62,244 nt of DNA from Catajapyx aquilonaris (taxonomy: Eukaryota): NCBI GenBank assembly GCA_000934665.2, contig JYFJ02002165.1:1-62244 (forward strand), in the 5' to 3' direction. Positions 24,701 through 39,300 of this stretch are shown here, in pieces (the first letter of the stretch is position 1; each line of letters begins with the position of its first letter). Made by a program: the position numbers and the translations under genes. The notes below the pieces were generated by a model. The model did no database searches. It was not told where the DNA came from and saw nothing but the letters and a program-made list of their open reading frames with translations.

Positions 24701-27700
24701 ACGTGTATTTTGATGATATCATGCAGTACAACTACTGTGTCATGCAGAAAAGTTGTTTTGCAGAAAAGTTGTTTTATGCACGTGAAAAAATGACATTTAA
24801 ATATTTCATCAAAAACCACCTTCCTCATCATGGCACAGTTGGTTCCAATCATTTACTAATGGTTTGCATAAGTGCTTGAAAACACCTGGATTTTTACCTG
24901 TGACCTTTGGTGGAGTTATACACCTACCGAAATACATTAATGTTATTTGTTTTAACTCGCATATTTATCTGCAAGGAAGGTTCAACACATTGAAAAGGAA
25001 AAGTTGTCAGAAAGGTTTAAATAAATGATGGGCCGAGTTATGAGGTATTTTGTACTCGAGTTTTTGTACTTTGAGGTACTTTTTTTGCCATTTAGGCCTC
25101 ACCTGGCACTGATGCATGAACTTGTCCGTCATGACATCTTTTTGGATGGATGGTCAGTGTCCCTTCGGTGTTATTCTAAACATCAGAAAGAAGAAACCGG
25201 TATTTTACAGTAAAAGAAGTCGCTCGTAGCCATCATGTTATTCTGGTGCAACAAGAACAGTTCGAAATGGTCTTGTATCAAAATGTGCGACAGTTTAACT
25301 CTGGGAGATTGACTTGGCACGAATCGTACCTGTAATCTGGAAACAGTAATGAGACCACAGCTCTGTGGCGAGATATCGCTGTGAGTAATGACATCGTGCT
25401 GTTTTACTCCTCGTCGGGCATCGTTGTCGTTTCACTACTCTCCTCATTAGACAACTGTGAGAGCCATTGGTTTTGATGATGAAATTCTGCTTTTTTTTAC
25501 GGCGGAAGTAAGTTGCTCTTTTAATTATTAAAACTTATCCTCTTTATTTAACGAGAAAAGGAATATTTTCAAATGGTGTTGTTATAGTAAAGGCCGCTCT
25601 AATTTTTCATGCAGTAATGGGAGTTTCGGAGGGATATGTTGCGATCAGATGATTGGTTCGCCTGAAGTGGTTGGCGCCAGGTGAATTCCAGCCATAGATG
25701 GCAAGTCAGTGTTTCTGCTCCATGGCAATGGTGCCACCAAATACTGACCAAATATGTTCTTAACATGAAGACAGAAAAAGGGCTGAATCACTTAGGTGAT
25801 TGTGACCGTCGTGCGTGACTTGCCCCTTTCCATTTTGCTGTATATGATAACAAGACATGGATATTGTGTCGTTCGGGGTCCTCCTCGATTCATGTTTACC
25901 TTCCAGAACACGCACCCACCTTCTTTTTCAAGGTGTCTATGGCGTTATTAGCGAAGAGTCTGTCGTCTGATATGTATCGCAAAGCATTTGTTTTGACAAT
26001 ATGCCCTCTTGCAGTAGATTCACACGAGCTCCAGCCTCAATCATAATTGTGGTAGTGTACGACATGAGTTTTAGTTTTAGTTAGCTCCAGCCTTCCCTTC
26101 ATCATTATTCGAACTGTTCGACCTGCGATGTCGTAAGGCATACGAGTATCATCTGAGCACCTGCTGGGTCGCAGGTTCTTGTGACACTTGACAGGCGTCG
26201 TTTTATTTTTTCTTGCATTTCCTTTTTGTATTAATATTACGCCACTATTCGTCCAGATGGAGCATTTCCTTGGAAGGGTTCTAATATTGCAGAGTCATAT
26301 AATCCATTCTTCTGGACACAAAGTATCCCTGCATGACCAACCGACCAACAATGCCTTCACATGCCTCAGGTCGCTATGGAAGATTTTCATGTGATATTTG
26401 TGTGTCTTTTGGGTACAGGTTTTCCGCCATTCAATACAATATTATTGCATCGATTACATGGCACAGGGGCCATCAAATCTTTGCACATAGGTTTGGACCT
26501 AATGTGCATTGCGGCTTTCAATGCATTCATTAGCCAAGGACAAAGAGTAAATCAGTAAGGTCACAGATAGCCATTCAACTGGCCTGTGCAATTATTTTCA
26601 ATTCTCTGGATAACTTTCAATTCCGGGGAACGAATCTGTCTGCTTACAATACGTTTAATTTAATGCTGATGGCCTCCTAGCATATCTATGGTGAACTTCG
26701 GTGTAGTAAATGAAGAGTGATCCTAACGAATGCCATCGGAATTTGTGTTTTTTTCCTACCCTTGCTAGGTTTAAATAGGTTGTACTATGACATACTTCTT
26801 CCTTCTATACTATTCCAAAGCACACCCCCATCATCGCAGGTTCAAAAGCTGGTGTATAAATGTATACGTCATGGTGCAATGAACTGCCAGCAGTCCTAGG
26901 ACTCAAATTATTCTGGTGTTATGAATATGAAAAATGCGTTTTAGATATAACCACTTGCTTTGAAACAGCAACCTGAACAGGACCTGATGCAGTGGGTGTC
27001 ATCACTGATACAGTATATTTGAGTTTCAGCATTTCTTGTTCGAACATACGTATGCTGTTCTGATCTAGGACGTGAAATATTTGTGCAATATTAATTTTAA
27101 TCCCCTGATGTAATCTCACTGTAACATTATGTGTTGCTGCAAAATTTAATATTGGTTCGTTCGAACAAAAAAGAAAAGAGAATGCATGTGCAAACATTAG
27201 TACGGTATGACTTCTCTAATACAGTATAACAGCAGAGAATATCTGCTGATCATATAGTCTAATAATGTGACTAGCTGGCATTGTTAGCTATTCTTTGTCA
27301 AAGACGACAGAGTGGTAGCAGTCTTTCTAATGCGGCAGGTATTCGTTTTCTGCTTTTGTCTTCCTATAGTCTAACACTGACTGACATATGAATTGGCGAG
27401 GGCAGTAAATGTTGTTCTCCTGGTCTTGTACTTGGGATGTTAAGGTCCTCTGTGTCTTTTTGTTCCGGTCATCAAAGGCAGAGTCACAAGAACTTAACAT
27501 ATTACACACTGCGTATATAGTGCGGGTATATAATATGACAGTGTAAAGAAATAACCCTAATTGGGGGAATGTCCTAAAATTCTGTTGGCTTGTTCCCCAG
27601 CTGCTATTCTAAAGTCACATTTGAAGCTGATAATAAATGGCCAACTTTGCAGGTATTATCCAGGTAATTATGAACCGTTATTCTTCGCATACGTGGCTTC

Positions 27701-30319
27701 AGGCTCTCTAGCTATCCACATACGCCAAGTAAGCAGGTCGAGCTGGGTACTACGGTTGACGGTAAAAGTACAGTACATCCAGTACTCTGTACTTAGGTCA
27801 TTTTGCAGTTATTGGCATCATCCTATCTTAGCAGTCTAACATGGGTCACTAATAATGAAATAATTCAGTTTGAACTGGTGCATACCCTTGATGTATTGGG
27901 TGGTATTGAAGTCACACATTACATTGAAGTACTCCAAGTTGTAAACCAAGTCTATCAGTTTTGTCTGGTTGTAGACGCATATGGTTCTTCAGACGCAGTG
28001 TCGTATAGACACCACGATGACGGACGATGCGTCCCACGATGAAAGGGACTTAGAGTGATGATATAGGCCCTATGTGGGGTCCGGGGTTTAAGGACCTACA
28101 TGGTCTGGAATAACCCCGTTAATATCTGACTAAGTCATCAGTCATCACACATGAGCTATAATCCGTGTGTTGTATTTTCCTGTTATCAATGATTGGACAT
28201 TGACTTATAGGAATCACTTAACATTCATTTGCAAATGCCCAGGGATATGATCATTTTTTTTTCCACGTGCTAGTTGTCAGGTTGTGTGTATAAGGAATAG
28301 ATTTTCCCCCGTTGGTTCTTTTTTGGGTTTTTGATAGCATGTTGTTCAATATTTTATTGGTCTTGTACAGAGAAAAGGGTACAATTCCATAATGCTACAA
28401 GTTGGGTATCCCTTTTCCAAGGGGCAGATATGTATTGTATTTATATTATTGACAAGTAACCATCTGAACTATGTAGGCCTATCCATATAATTTTAACACT
28501 TGTACTGTAGGCCTAGCAATGGAAAAGATTAGAAGTAAACCCTACCAATACAATCCAGGGTACTTTCTCTTACAATTGCACTTACTGTTAGTGAAATGTC
28601 TATCCGTAATGAATATTTGGCCAGCTGGCTGTCATTTTATGCATTCTTTCATTGTTTTGTAATTTTCTGTGTTTATCCAGGTTTTCTTGTAATTGTTCCA
28701 ATATGCCATACGGTATATGCATTATGTTGATAACAAAATTTTGTAAAACTGTGTGTATGTAGAAAAGTTAAGTTCTGCTCATGAAAAAAATGACATTATG
28801 ACTCTGCTACATGGCAGTGGTGGAAACAAGTCCTTTTTTAGCAATAAGTCAGAGAAAGGTCTCGATCACTTCGGAAACATTACGACTTCTGCAATTGCGA
28901 CTGTCGTGTGTGACTTGCCTCTCCTTTTTGCTGTATGCGATAACAGCACATGCTAATTGTGTCGTTCTGGGTCCTCTCTCTGGTTTTATGCCTTTATCAG
29001 AATGTTCACCTTCTTTTTCAAGTGTGTCTATTGCTTTATCACTGAATTCCTTATACTGTTGTATACCTATCGTAAAGCATTTTTGTTTTGACACTAGGAC
29101 CTCATGAAGGAGAGTCACACCGGCCTCCTTATTGATTCAGTCTGGATGTTACTCTGCTGTGGTCCTCTTAATTTTGGCACTGATGTTGTTTGCGAACAAA
29201 AATAATTTTAGAAATAGAGCTGGTTAGCAACCCTGGAAACAGACAATGGTCATCACCGGTAAAAGTACCGTATGTTTAAATCTGCCGGTGACTTCCTAGC
29301 ATGTCTATTGTGAACTTCAGTGTCGTAAATGAAGGGTGATGCAAACGAATGCCGTCGGAATTTGGTGTTTTCTCTCCGGGTCATGATCACATTAAGCGGT
29401 GAAGCTGTGTTGCAAGTGGACCAGCCACTGCTCTTTCTTTTCTTAATCTGCAATGATACATGTGTCTCGTATATGAATTAAGTGGCTGTCCGATATGTCG
29501 AAATGGAAGACCAAAATTGTTAATGTCTGAGCAGAGATTAATCACCTGACCTATACGTATACCATTTGGTTAACTCATACTCGTTACAATATTAACAGCT
29601 TTGGTATATAACATTTTGCATCCTTTAAATTGGTGTCAAAGTATACCTTTAAAGCTGACTCAACATTTCTTAAGTGTAGACGTCATTGTACAATTATTAA
29701 TTGTAACTATTGGCATGGCTAATTTTTTTTTCAGGTGTTGCGTATCAAGATATGCTTTTAATATATTAATCACTTGTTCTGATCCAACATCATGAATAGA
29801 TCTTGATACAGCTAGCCGTCTGTCTTTTGGAAAGGATAATATGGCATCTTTCTCATGGTATTTTGAGTTGCAGCATTTCTTCTTCAAAAATATGCTGTTT
29901 CGATCTAAGACATGTGCGTTGTACTTACTTCATGAATCTCCTCACATACCGGAACTGTTACTTTATCAGAGATGATCCCCAGTGTTGCATATTTCAACCA
30001 GATCTTGATAATTATAGGCGTTTTACAAAATCAAGCAAATATATCGAAGGAGTGAAACTCATTGGGATGCTCTTTGCGTTATTCGTTTTCTTTAGTAGAA
30101 TGCGACCTGATGGTTAGTGTCACCATGCGACAGCTTTTCTGATGTTCGTCATGTCGTAAGCATCCACTCCAAATATTATTGCTCTCGTCCCATGGAAGTA
30201 GGTACTGTAGCTGCAGTCGCAACGGTGCTGGACTATGTTCGTCATTATTTATCATCATTATTTATAAGCTATAGGTTGGGAAGTAATTGCCTTTGGTGGG
30301 GACAAAAGGTCAAAGCCAC

Positions 30320-30384
<65 letters not shown>

Positions 30385-33300
30385 TAATAATAATAATAAT
30401 AATAAGTCGCAAGGCGAAAATAATGAACATATCTGCCACAAGTTGACCTCATATTGCTGGCTTGACCAACGGTGGCTCTGTCGTAAGCATCCTCTCCAAG
30501 AATAATAATTTGTTGAGGGCGTCTGGAACATATCACTGCAGAGGTCTTGTAACTTGGACAAAAAATATGTCTTCTGATGGCGGTTTTTTCGCCATTCAAT
30601 CCGCATTTACGATTCGAGTATACTGTATTTTATTTCGAATCCACTGCATGACGATTGGTCCACCTAATTTTTGAACGTAAATTTTGAACCAAACTTAATT
30701 GGTTCGTCCATGTGAGTAAGAAGACTGTCTTGTTTTGAGTCGTTTTCAGCCACTTGAGCACCCAGAAAATACTCTTATAGTAATAGCAGTCTCCTTATAC
30801 TCAACTCTAATAATAATAATAATAATAATCAAATTATCCATACCAGTTATAGTGGCTCAGTGTTAGCGTTGTGACCCATAGTCACAATCCTATTCTTCCA
30901 AGGAGCAAGATGCTTTGCAGGAGGTAGGTCAGTAGGTCAGTATAGCATTGCACAAATTATGCATGGCGCCCATGTGATCCAGCTCTGCCAATGTCTTCTC
31001 GCCGGCCTCCCAGTGAGTTTCTTCTACAGCTTCATGATGGAGTGCAGCAGCCATTAATGAGATTGTGCATCTGATATGCACATTTCATCCAAACAATTGT
31101 TGCTGTCACAGCATCACTCTCAATTATGGTTTCCTAATTTATGTCTTGAAAAGAAGATGAAGAGGAAGACATAGTGATTACTTCATACTACTAGGTTGCC
31201 CGATGTAGTACCGGTACGTAAGAATCGACCCAAAAAATAATTTGTCGAGGCCATCTGCAGCACACCACTAATCAGATGTCGTAACTTGGACAAATTGCCA
31301 ATGCCATGCATTCTGAATACTCAGCTTGTAGCACGGCAGACTGAGACTTGCAAATGTCATGTCATGTGGGAATGGGTATATGGAGATAGCTCCTTCATAA
31401 CGAAACTTCCAATCACACCTTCTCAGGAACCGGCCGGCCTCACTTTTTTTCCAATCAACCTTCATAATTTAAGTCATTCACTGCTTGTTACTAAGGAGAT
31501 CTTGGACCTTGACCAAATTACAGCAAATTTTCAGATATCATAATTGGAGGAGGTGCAACTGAATCTGCAGCGTGTATGGAATAATAACCACTTACTTGTA
31601 TTGCAAATCATTTATTTTGACACCAGGATCTCATGAAGAAGAGTCACATGTCTCCAGCTGTCTCCTGGGATAAGCCAGTATGATGATAGTATCCTACGCG
31701 ATGTGGTTTTATTTTTACACTGATTCGTTTGCGAATAAAAAAATAATTGCAATCTTACAAATGTAGCGGGCCAGTAACCAGGGAAAAATACGCCAGTCTT
31801 AACCATTTAAATGCGTACGATTGATTACCGTGGTAATGCTGCTGCCAATTTCTCTTCGTGTAATAATTTTCCTCTTTATTATAAAAGGCATTTGATGTAC
31901 GCACCAATATGTGAAACTACCCAGACAATACACTGAGAAACCGTCCAGTGTGTGAAACAGCGATATGTGATGGATGAATTATTATTATTATTCAAGCCAG
32001 CCAATTTCAATGTATTTAAGGCATTTCTTTCGTGTTACAAAGGCGGTGACATCTAATTATTTACTCGGGTAGTAAAAAATAAGCATAATGGGAAATCCGG
32101 CGCTGGCTCTAATAGCTAACCGTGGAAATGATGAGAATCTAATAATGAGACTAGCCGCGGTTGTTGTCGATTCTGTCTATGGCATTGTCAAGCAGCAATG
32201 ACTTGTACTGGAATTATTTGTACAGCATTTGTATTGCAATGCATTTGTGACACCAGGGCCTCATAAAGAAGAGTCACACGTCTTCAACCATATTCCAAAA
32301 TCGTTATAGATGGGTGTCTCTTCCACATTGATGCTCGGATTGTGACACTGTTGTCATTTCTAAACAAAAAATTACATTGAAATCGTAGAAATATAGCGGG
32401 CCAGTAACCCGGGATCAGATGATATTTATGTTTTATGGAACATACGAATAAGTGTTGATAATGACAACCCTAACTCATTCCAATTTTATTTCATTTTAAG
32501 TGATTGCAAAGAGAGAATCCTAATTAAGGCGGATGGATTAATCCAAAGTGGTTTTCTACTAGTTGATTGTTACCTATTTAGCTGGGATTCTAAAGTCACA
32601 TTTGAAAGTGATAATTGGCCACCTTTTCAGGTATAATCCACGTAATTATGAACTAATTATTTCTTCGCAGGCGTAGCTGTGGGAAGCTGACCTTATGCTG
32701 ATATTATAGATGCATATAAGCATGGATTTGTTAAACATATCAGCCAAAATATAATGACTCGTGGGCAATAAGCTGCCCTCATGTTGTGGACCTATAGTCT
32801 TGCCGATGGTGGCACAGGCTGAGAATTGTAAATGTCGTGTGTAAAGCATGGATAGGAGTCAACTCAGATTTCTTCCGAACGAAACTTTCAGTCAAAACTT
32901 CCCAGGAACAGGCCTTTATTGTGATTACTTGATCTCGACATACCCATCCTCCACAAAGACGCAGACAAACTTTGCTTCCCGAAGTTGCTTGCTTACTAGC
33001 GCAACACGTCGAGTGACGTTCTCGATGCAGATGACCACGGGATCTTCCAGCCGAGTCCAAATGTCGCTCAATGGAGCAGTGCTTGAGGGTGCTGGAATGT
33101 GCATGTGCCTCAATGTATTCAATCTATTTCTTGACCAAGTACAAAAAGTAAGGTACAATTTCCTCAAATGTGAAAACCAGAATATGTGGCTCAGACATCA
33201 ATTTATCCTACTCTGCCTTTCTACTTTCAATCATTGCTAAATGTGCCAAGATCCCAATGCATAGGAACAATGACATTTGTGACGTCTCCAGCTCTCTCAT

Positions 33301-36300
33301 GGGATCAGACAGTTTGATGCCAGTCCTCCTACCCAGTGATGGTTTTTTGTGTAGTTCGAGATGTCCACAGCGATCCACGTTGTTCTCTAGTCGGTGGATG
33401 ATCCGTTCCATCAAATCCTTGTCGATAAATTGGAAACCAGCTCTTTTATCAGAGAGACATTTTGCAGTTATCATTTAAAAAATTCAACATTGCTACAGAA
33501 TAACGAAGCACATATTTTAAAAAAGTGAAGAGGTTTTTCAAAATCGATTCGCAGCAAAAGAATTCGATAAACCCAAACAAATAATACGTCTTCTTATGCC
33601 TTCCTTCCTTCATCAGATATGACACTATCTACTTGACCACTGTCCACTTCATCTATTAGTGCAAGGCCATAAAAGAAATAGTGAAATCAGTGGTATAAGG
33701 TGTAATTCCACTCAATATTTCCTGCTGCAAGTGATGTACAGTATGTATGTGTTTTACGTTCTCATCATCCAAATATCTCTAACCTCTAATGTACCAGATA
33801 ATACGTACTTTGACACTGATGTCGTTTGTGAACACAAAATAATTGCGATCTTACAAAAAATAATGTAGCGGTCCAGTAACCCGGTAAAAAGACATCAATC
33901 TTGACATTTAAATGCCTACGATTTCTTAACGTAGGAATGCTGCTGACCATTTGCTCTTCCCGCAATTTTCCTATTTGTTATAAAAGGCATTTGATGCACG
34001 CCCTGATATTTGTGAAACTACACCGAGACAACATGTGGCTTTCTGCTTACACAATTAAATATGTTTGATGGCACAATATAAAATATTGTATGGACAATCC
34101 TGAATAATTCGAGACAGGCAAATTCATGGTGTCAAGGGTGAGGAATCTTGCAGTGTAATATATTGTGGTAAGGGTATCAAAAGAAAACAATAAACGTGCA
34201 TGTGTTTGACTTAGAGACACGACGCAGAGGAATAATATTGACCTGGTGTTGGTCGGTACAAGTGGCACAAATGTCGTTTTAATCTGCTTATTACAAATAA
34301 GAAAAAGTAATTTGTGTGCAAACATTGGTATGTGATGGGCAGCACCACACATGCAACCAACAGATTATAAAAATATTTTAATAATATGATTGTAGTTGCA
34401 TGATGATTGCCGTGATTTCCACGTTTTACTACTGGCTCTTCTTCACTTCTCGTTCGGAGTGCTCAGTGGTCGTTTGCATTCGCGTATGACTGTGTAATAA
34501 CATTTAACCCTGAATGGATTATCTGTAAATTCCTGATCAGTTAAGCTGTCATGGCGGGAATGCCTGTCCATCCGAGCTGCTTTCTGAATGACTTTGGTGG
34601 GCACAAAAGGTCAGAGGTACAGCATCAGGTCGCTGTGGAAGATTTCGTGGTTATAGGTTTGTGCATGTCTTCTGATGGCACTTTTCTAGCCATTCAATGG
34701 ATATGTATACGTACACTATGACTAGCATTTTTTGACAGCAGGACCTCATAAAGATGAGTCACACGTCTCCAGCTTTCTCATGAATCAGACTGAAGGACGG
34801 GGGTCTCATACACAGTGATTCTCTCATTTTGACGCTGATGTCGTTTCTAAACAAAAAAAAATGATTGAAATCTTAGAAATATAGCGGGCCAGTAACCCCT
34901 GAAAAAGACCTTCACATATATATAAAATTATGTTTTTTATTAGCTTTGGGAATGCTGCTGCCCATTTGCTCTCCATGTAATTTTTCTGCTCAGTTTTAAA
35001 AGCAGGATATGGGTAGAATTATTGTCCATATTGATTTCTTCTTTAGAAAATGTCCAGAGATGATAGTACTAAAGTGAGTATTTATAAATCCCCATTTTCA
35101 CGGTGTACATACTGTACGTTGCATGTTCCTTGACGCTGATACTTAGCCTGTATTCGGCGAGGCACTAGGCACAAATCATTTTCCGCATAGCACTGCATGA
35201 AATCATATCAATGCATAAAGTTACATCAGTGCAAGTGACTTTCTTTCTTGGGCTCTGCAAATTCATTCTGAAAAAATCGAGAACCTGCTGATGAATTTGC
35301 ACTGTCGCGACTTAAATAAGCCATTCAGATATATATAAGCCATTCATAAAGCATAATGAGTATAATCATTTCAGCCTAGTTGAATGGTAATAATTGTGAA
35401 AGCCTCTCACTTGTAAGTAATTATGAGACACTTCAACAATACAGTATGTATAGGATGGCAAAGCTCTCTCCTGGTCAGAGTTATGCAGCAATATTCAGCG
35501 CGGCCCATCTTTCCGCAATAAAGGAGCAGTGCGTTGTTTCGCAGCCATCTTCAGATCTATATCTTGCTCTCTCTTCAAGTACTCAGAGTGCAATGACTGT
35601 ATTGAATCCATCTGACGACTTTGATAATAACTGTGCATAGCCCTGCCCTGCGTCACATATCCTCTTGTCTAGAGGTAGTCATTTTTTTAAAGGAAGAAGC
35701 CTTTGGGTGCATTTCAGATATGCCATTATTTTGGTGTCAGTTGTGACATTAGTGTTGCTGATATTAAATTTTTGTCGCAGCAGTCGGATTGACAGATCAG
35801 ATTTCTTCTTGGCAGCATGCTGTGCCTGCGTATTGACCTGCGCTGTACTATCACTGTATACAATGTATCGTATCCATCAATCACTTGACGTAGGAGACGG
35901 ACAATGAGTGATGGTAGCTGTCCTTCTTCTGCTGCTAATCTCAAGTAACAAGTAACCATCCACATGCTGCACAGTACATCTGTGACACAGGAAGGTTAAA
36001 TAAGCCTAATTGTGGGAATTCCCTATCCTATAGGAAGTGGTTGTCTTCAGTTAAAGGTGGATGATATAACCACCACATGCTGAATATATAAATACTGTAT
36101 GTCCAAAAATCCATGTGCCACTATATCTGCATCCTGCTCTGTGCTTCTGCTTCGTCGTGGTTGAAGCGCCTAAATGAGCCACATTTCCAATTCATGGGAA
36201 CAGTGCCACCAAGAAAAATTTCCGTCTTTATGCATATTGTCTCAGTGTCATTTCATGGCTTTGTGCGACTGTCGTACATGACTTGCCTCCTCTTTTTGCT

Positions 36301-39300
36301 GATTATGAAGATAGGAAATGGGAATTATGTGGTTTTGGGCCCTCTCTCTTCCCTCCTCCTCTTCCTCCTCCTCCTTCTACAGCTTCAACGTAGTTCATTA
36401 TAAATTCAGCGAATAATTTTATTTCACGACATATTTGCCAGTGATTAAAAGGGGCCCACTTTTATCATCAGCATATATCCCCACCATGTTAGTCTCAAGT
36501 GTCCTAAGCGAATGGTGTAACTATTGTGGCAGAAATAATTTGTGCACACTGATGGATTGTTTGGCCTGCGATGGAGAGCCAGTGAAACAGTACTGGTTAT
36601 ATGATTTGGGCTACAATAATTATAGCCTACCTTCTCATTCTGTGATATACATATCTGTTATGTAATGTCAATTTTGCCCGTAATATTTGTAGTTGAGGTT
36701 GGATCGTAGTAGTTGGATATTGTTATTCTTGATTTTACCACATTTACAAAAAGTTTGTAGAGATATGAATCAATTTTTCTTCAGAGTGCATTTTTTCTTA
36801 TTCGATGATCTTCAGTCCTGCTGTTTTATACAAAGTCCTTTTTACCGTACAAGCCTTTTTATTATTTGAGGAAAAGGGAGCATGCACTGTGAGATGTCCT
36901 TTTTTTATTATCTACAGGTTGGGAAGTGACTGGCTTTGGTGGGGCACAAAAGATCAAAGCCACAATTAGTGGCAAGGCGAAAATTATGAACAATGAGATT
37001 CACAATTGTTGGCATAGTTGGGCATCCATAAGTGCATGGACCAGCTATCCTCTTGTCCACAGGTCGTCTTGCGGTTTATCAAAGAAGCCAATGCTATTAC
37101 TTCGGGCACATGACAGATTCCCTTAACTCCTGCAGGAAGTGAAATAATGAATTTTCTATAAAATGCCATCGTTTTTTTACCTCCTTCCCAATCAACTACT
37201 CTTACTCAATTTGAAGTACTCACTGATGAAACTACCCAGACAATACGTGGCATTTTGCTTCCAAGTTGAAATATGTTTGCTTGCACAATGTTGCAACGCT
37301 GAATAATAATTTGGGACCTGTGAATTCTTGGCGTCGAGTGTCATACGTATCTCGTACGGATCGTTGCAGTAAGGTTATCAAAGGGGGGAAAATGTGTACG
37401 TGTGTGCCTGTAATTATTTCGAACCTTAGGTCGCTTTATAGGCTGTAAAATATTTTGATGGTATTGTATGTGAATTTCAACTGCGCGTAAATGCTCACCT
37501 AATTTGCATTGCCGCATCTTAGCAAAGAGAGGTCACACCGTGACTTCCTGTTTCATATTGGTAGGTCACATCTGGTCAGTAATTTTTTACTCGGGACGTA
37601 AAAAAAAATAAATAATTAATTTTGTCTGTCTTCCTAAGCGTATAATACCCGTAAATAAATATTCGCACACTGATTTTGCTTACTAGCCTGAGTCACATAT
37701 TTTAAATAAAATTAAGTGCGTGGCAAGGTGCGTGGTTCTCATCATGGTAATGTGAATTTAGTCGCAGTATTACTCAGTCTCTGATTTTTGGCATGGTCTT
37801 TGGTTGATGCATTGCAATGGGTAATGATTGGGTCTTGTTTAGATTGATGCCTGGGACGTTTTGAATCTGATAATTACACAACTGTGACACAGAAGATAAG
37901 CACTGGATTTGCCAATGAAATCATTTACAAATTCTGGTATGCCTCTCTGTGGATCACAGGTGTCTAGGTGGTGTTATTGTAACCAGACTCATACGTTTCG
38001 AATCGATCTGAACTGGAGCATTTAATGTTATTCATTGACCAAGTACAAAGAGTAATTATTTACAACGTCTTTGCTGTTGCTTACGATGACCGTTTAGGAC
38101 ATCAGAATATCCTGTATCGAGTCCTGTACGTGGACATTATTTTGTAAGGTACAGGTATAGGCCTATGTGAAGTAAGTATTGATAATGACATCATTAACAG
38201 ATTACAATTTACTTTGGAAGAGTTCGAGTTCAACTAAACGTAATTCAAATACACAAGGATTACTCAAAGAAGAGGAAGAAAATATATCCTCTAATAACGG
38301 AGAATACTGCTGATCAAAATCTAATAATAATGAGACTAGCCGGCGTTGTTGTCGATTCTGTCTATGACATTGTCAAGCAGCAATGACTTGTACTGGAATT
38401 ATTTGTACAGCATTTGTATTGCAATGCATTTGTGACACCAGGGCCTCATAAAGAAGAGTCACACGTCTCCAGCCATGTCTAAAAATCGTCTCCTTCACAG
38501 TGATGCACTCATTGCGACACTGTTGTCATTTGTAAACAAAAATTACATTGAAGTCTTAGAAATATAGAGGGCCAGTAACCCGGGAAAATGAGGAATAATC
38601 TTAATAAGTAATAATGTGTATGTACGACTTATTAACGTGGGAATACTGCTCCTCATTTGCTACTCCATGCTTAATTTTTCTGTTTTGTGTTAAATAATAA
38701 TTTCAACCTAGTTGACAAGTATAGCAAATTGTGACTTGTAGGTAATTATTATGAGACATTTCAACAATTTATAGACGACAAAGCCAAATCTTTTTCTTGG
38801 TCCTAGTTATGCAGGAATATTCACTGTCCATCCTTCCACAATGCTGGCGCATTGCGTTGTTTTATGACCATATTTGTGAGAGCAATTCTTTCTCTTCAAG
38901 CTCTCAGAGTGCAATGATTGTGTTGAATCCCTCTGGGTGACTTTCATAATGGGGAATTGCCACATGTTTTTTTTGTCGAGAGGTCGTCCTTTTTTTGAGA
39001 AATAAGCCAATGGTATCCCTTTGGGTGCATGACAGATACGTCATTTTGTGTCATTTTGTGACACTAGGTTGCTGGCGTTAAATTCTGTTATGTTACAGTA
39101 GTCGGATTGACAGCAGCTGGTGTTCGCCTGAGATCTTCGAGCGTAGATTTCAGATGATGGTTATGTATTTCTTCGCAGACGTCGCTGCAGAAAGCTGGCT
39201 TTATGCTGATGTTAAAGATGCACATAAGCATGGATTTGTCAAACATATCAGCCAAAAAATAATGAATCGTGGGCAATAAGTTGCCCTCATATTGTGGACC

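Noticed and set aside
29330..29365. RRHSFAS resembling the tyrosine-recombinase LRHSFAT motif
   Set aside because: The paralogous copy at ~26720 reads RWHSLGS; no upstream His or downstream GH/Tyr motifs.
30117..30606. Poly-I/Y/N/L ORFs
   Set aside because: Artefacts of the (AAT)n microsatellite.
36455..36485. YADD reverse-transcriptase motif on the - strand (GIYADDK)
   Set aside because: No flanking RT motifs, and not conserved at the equivalent position in paralogous copies.
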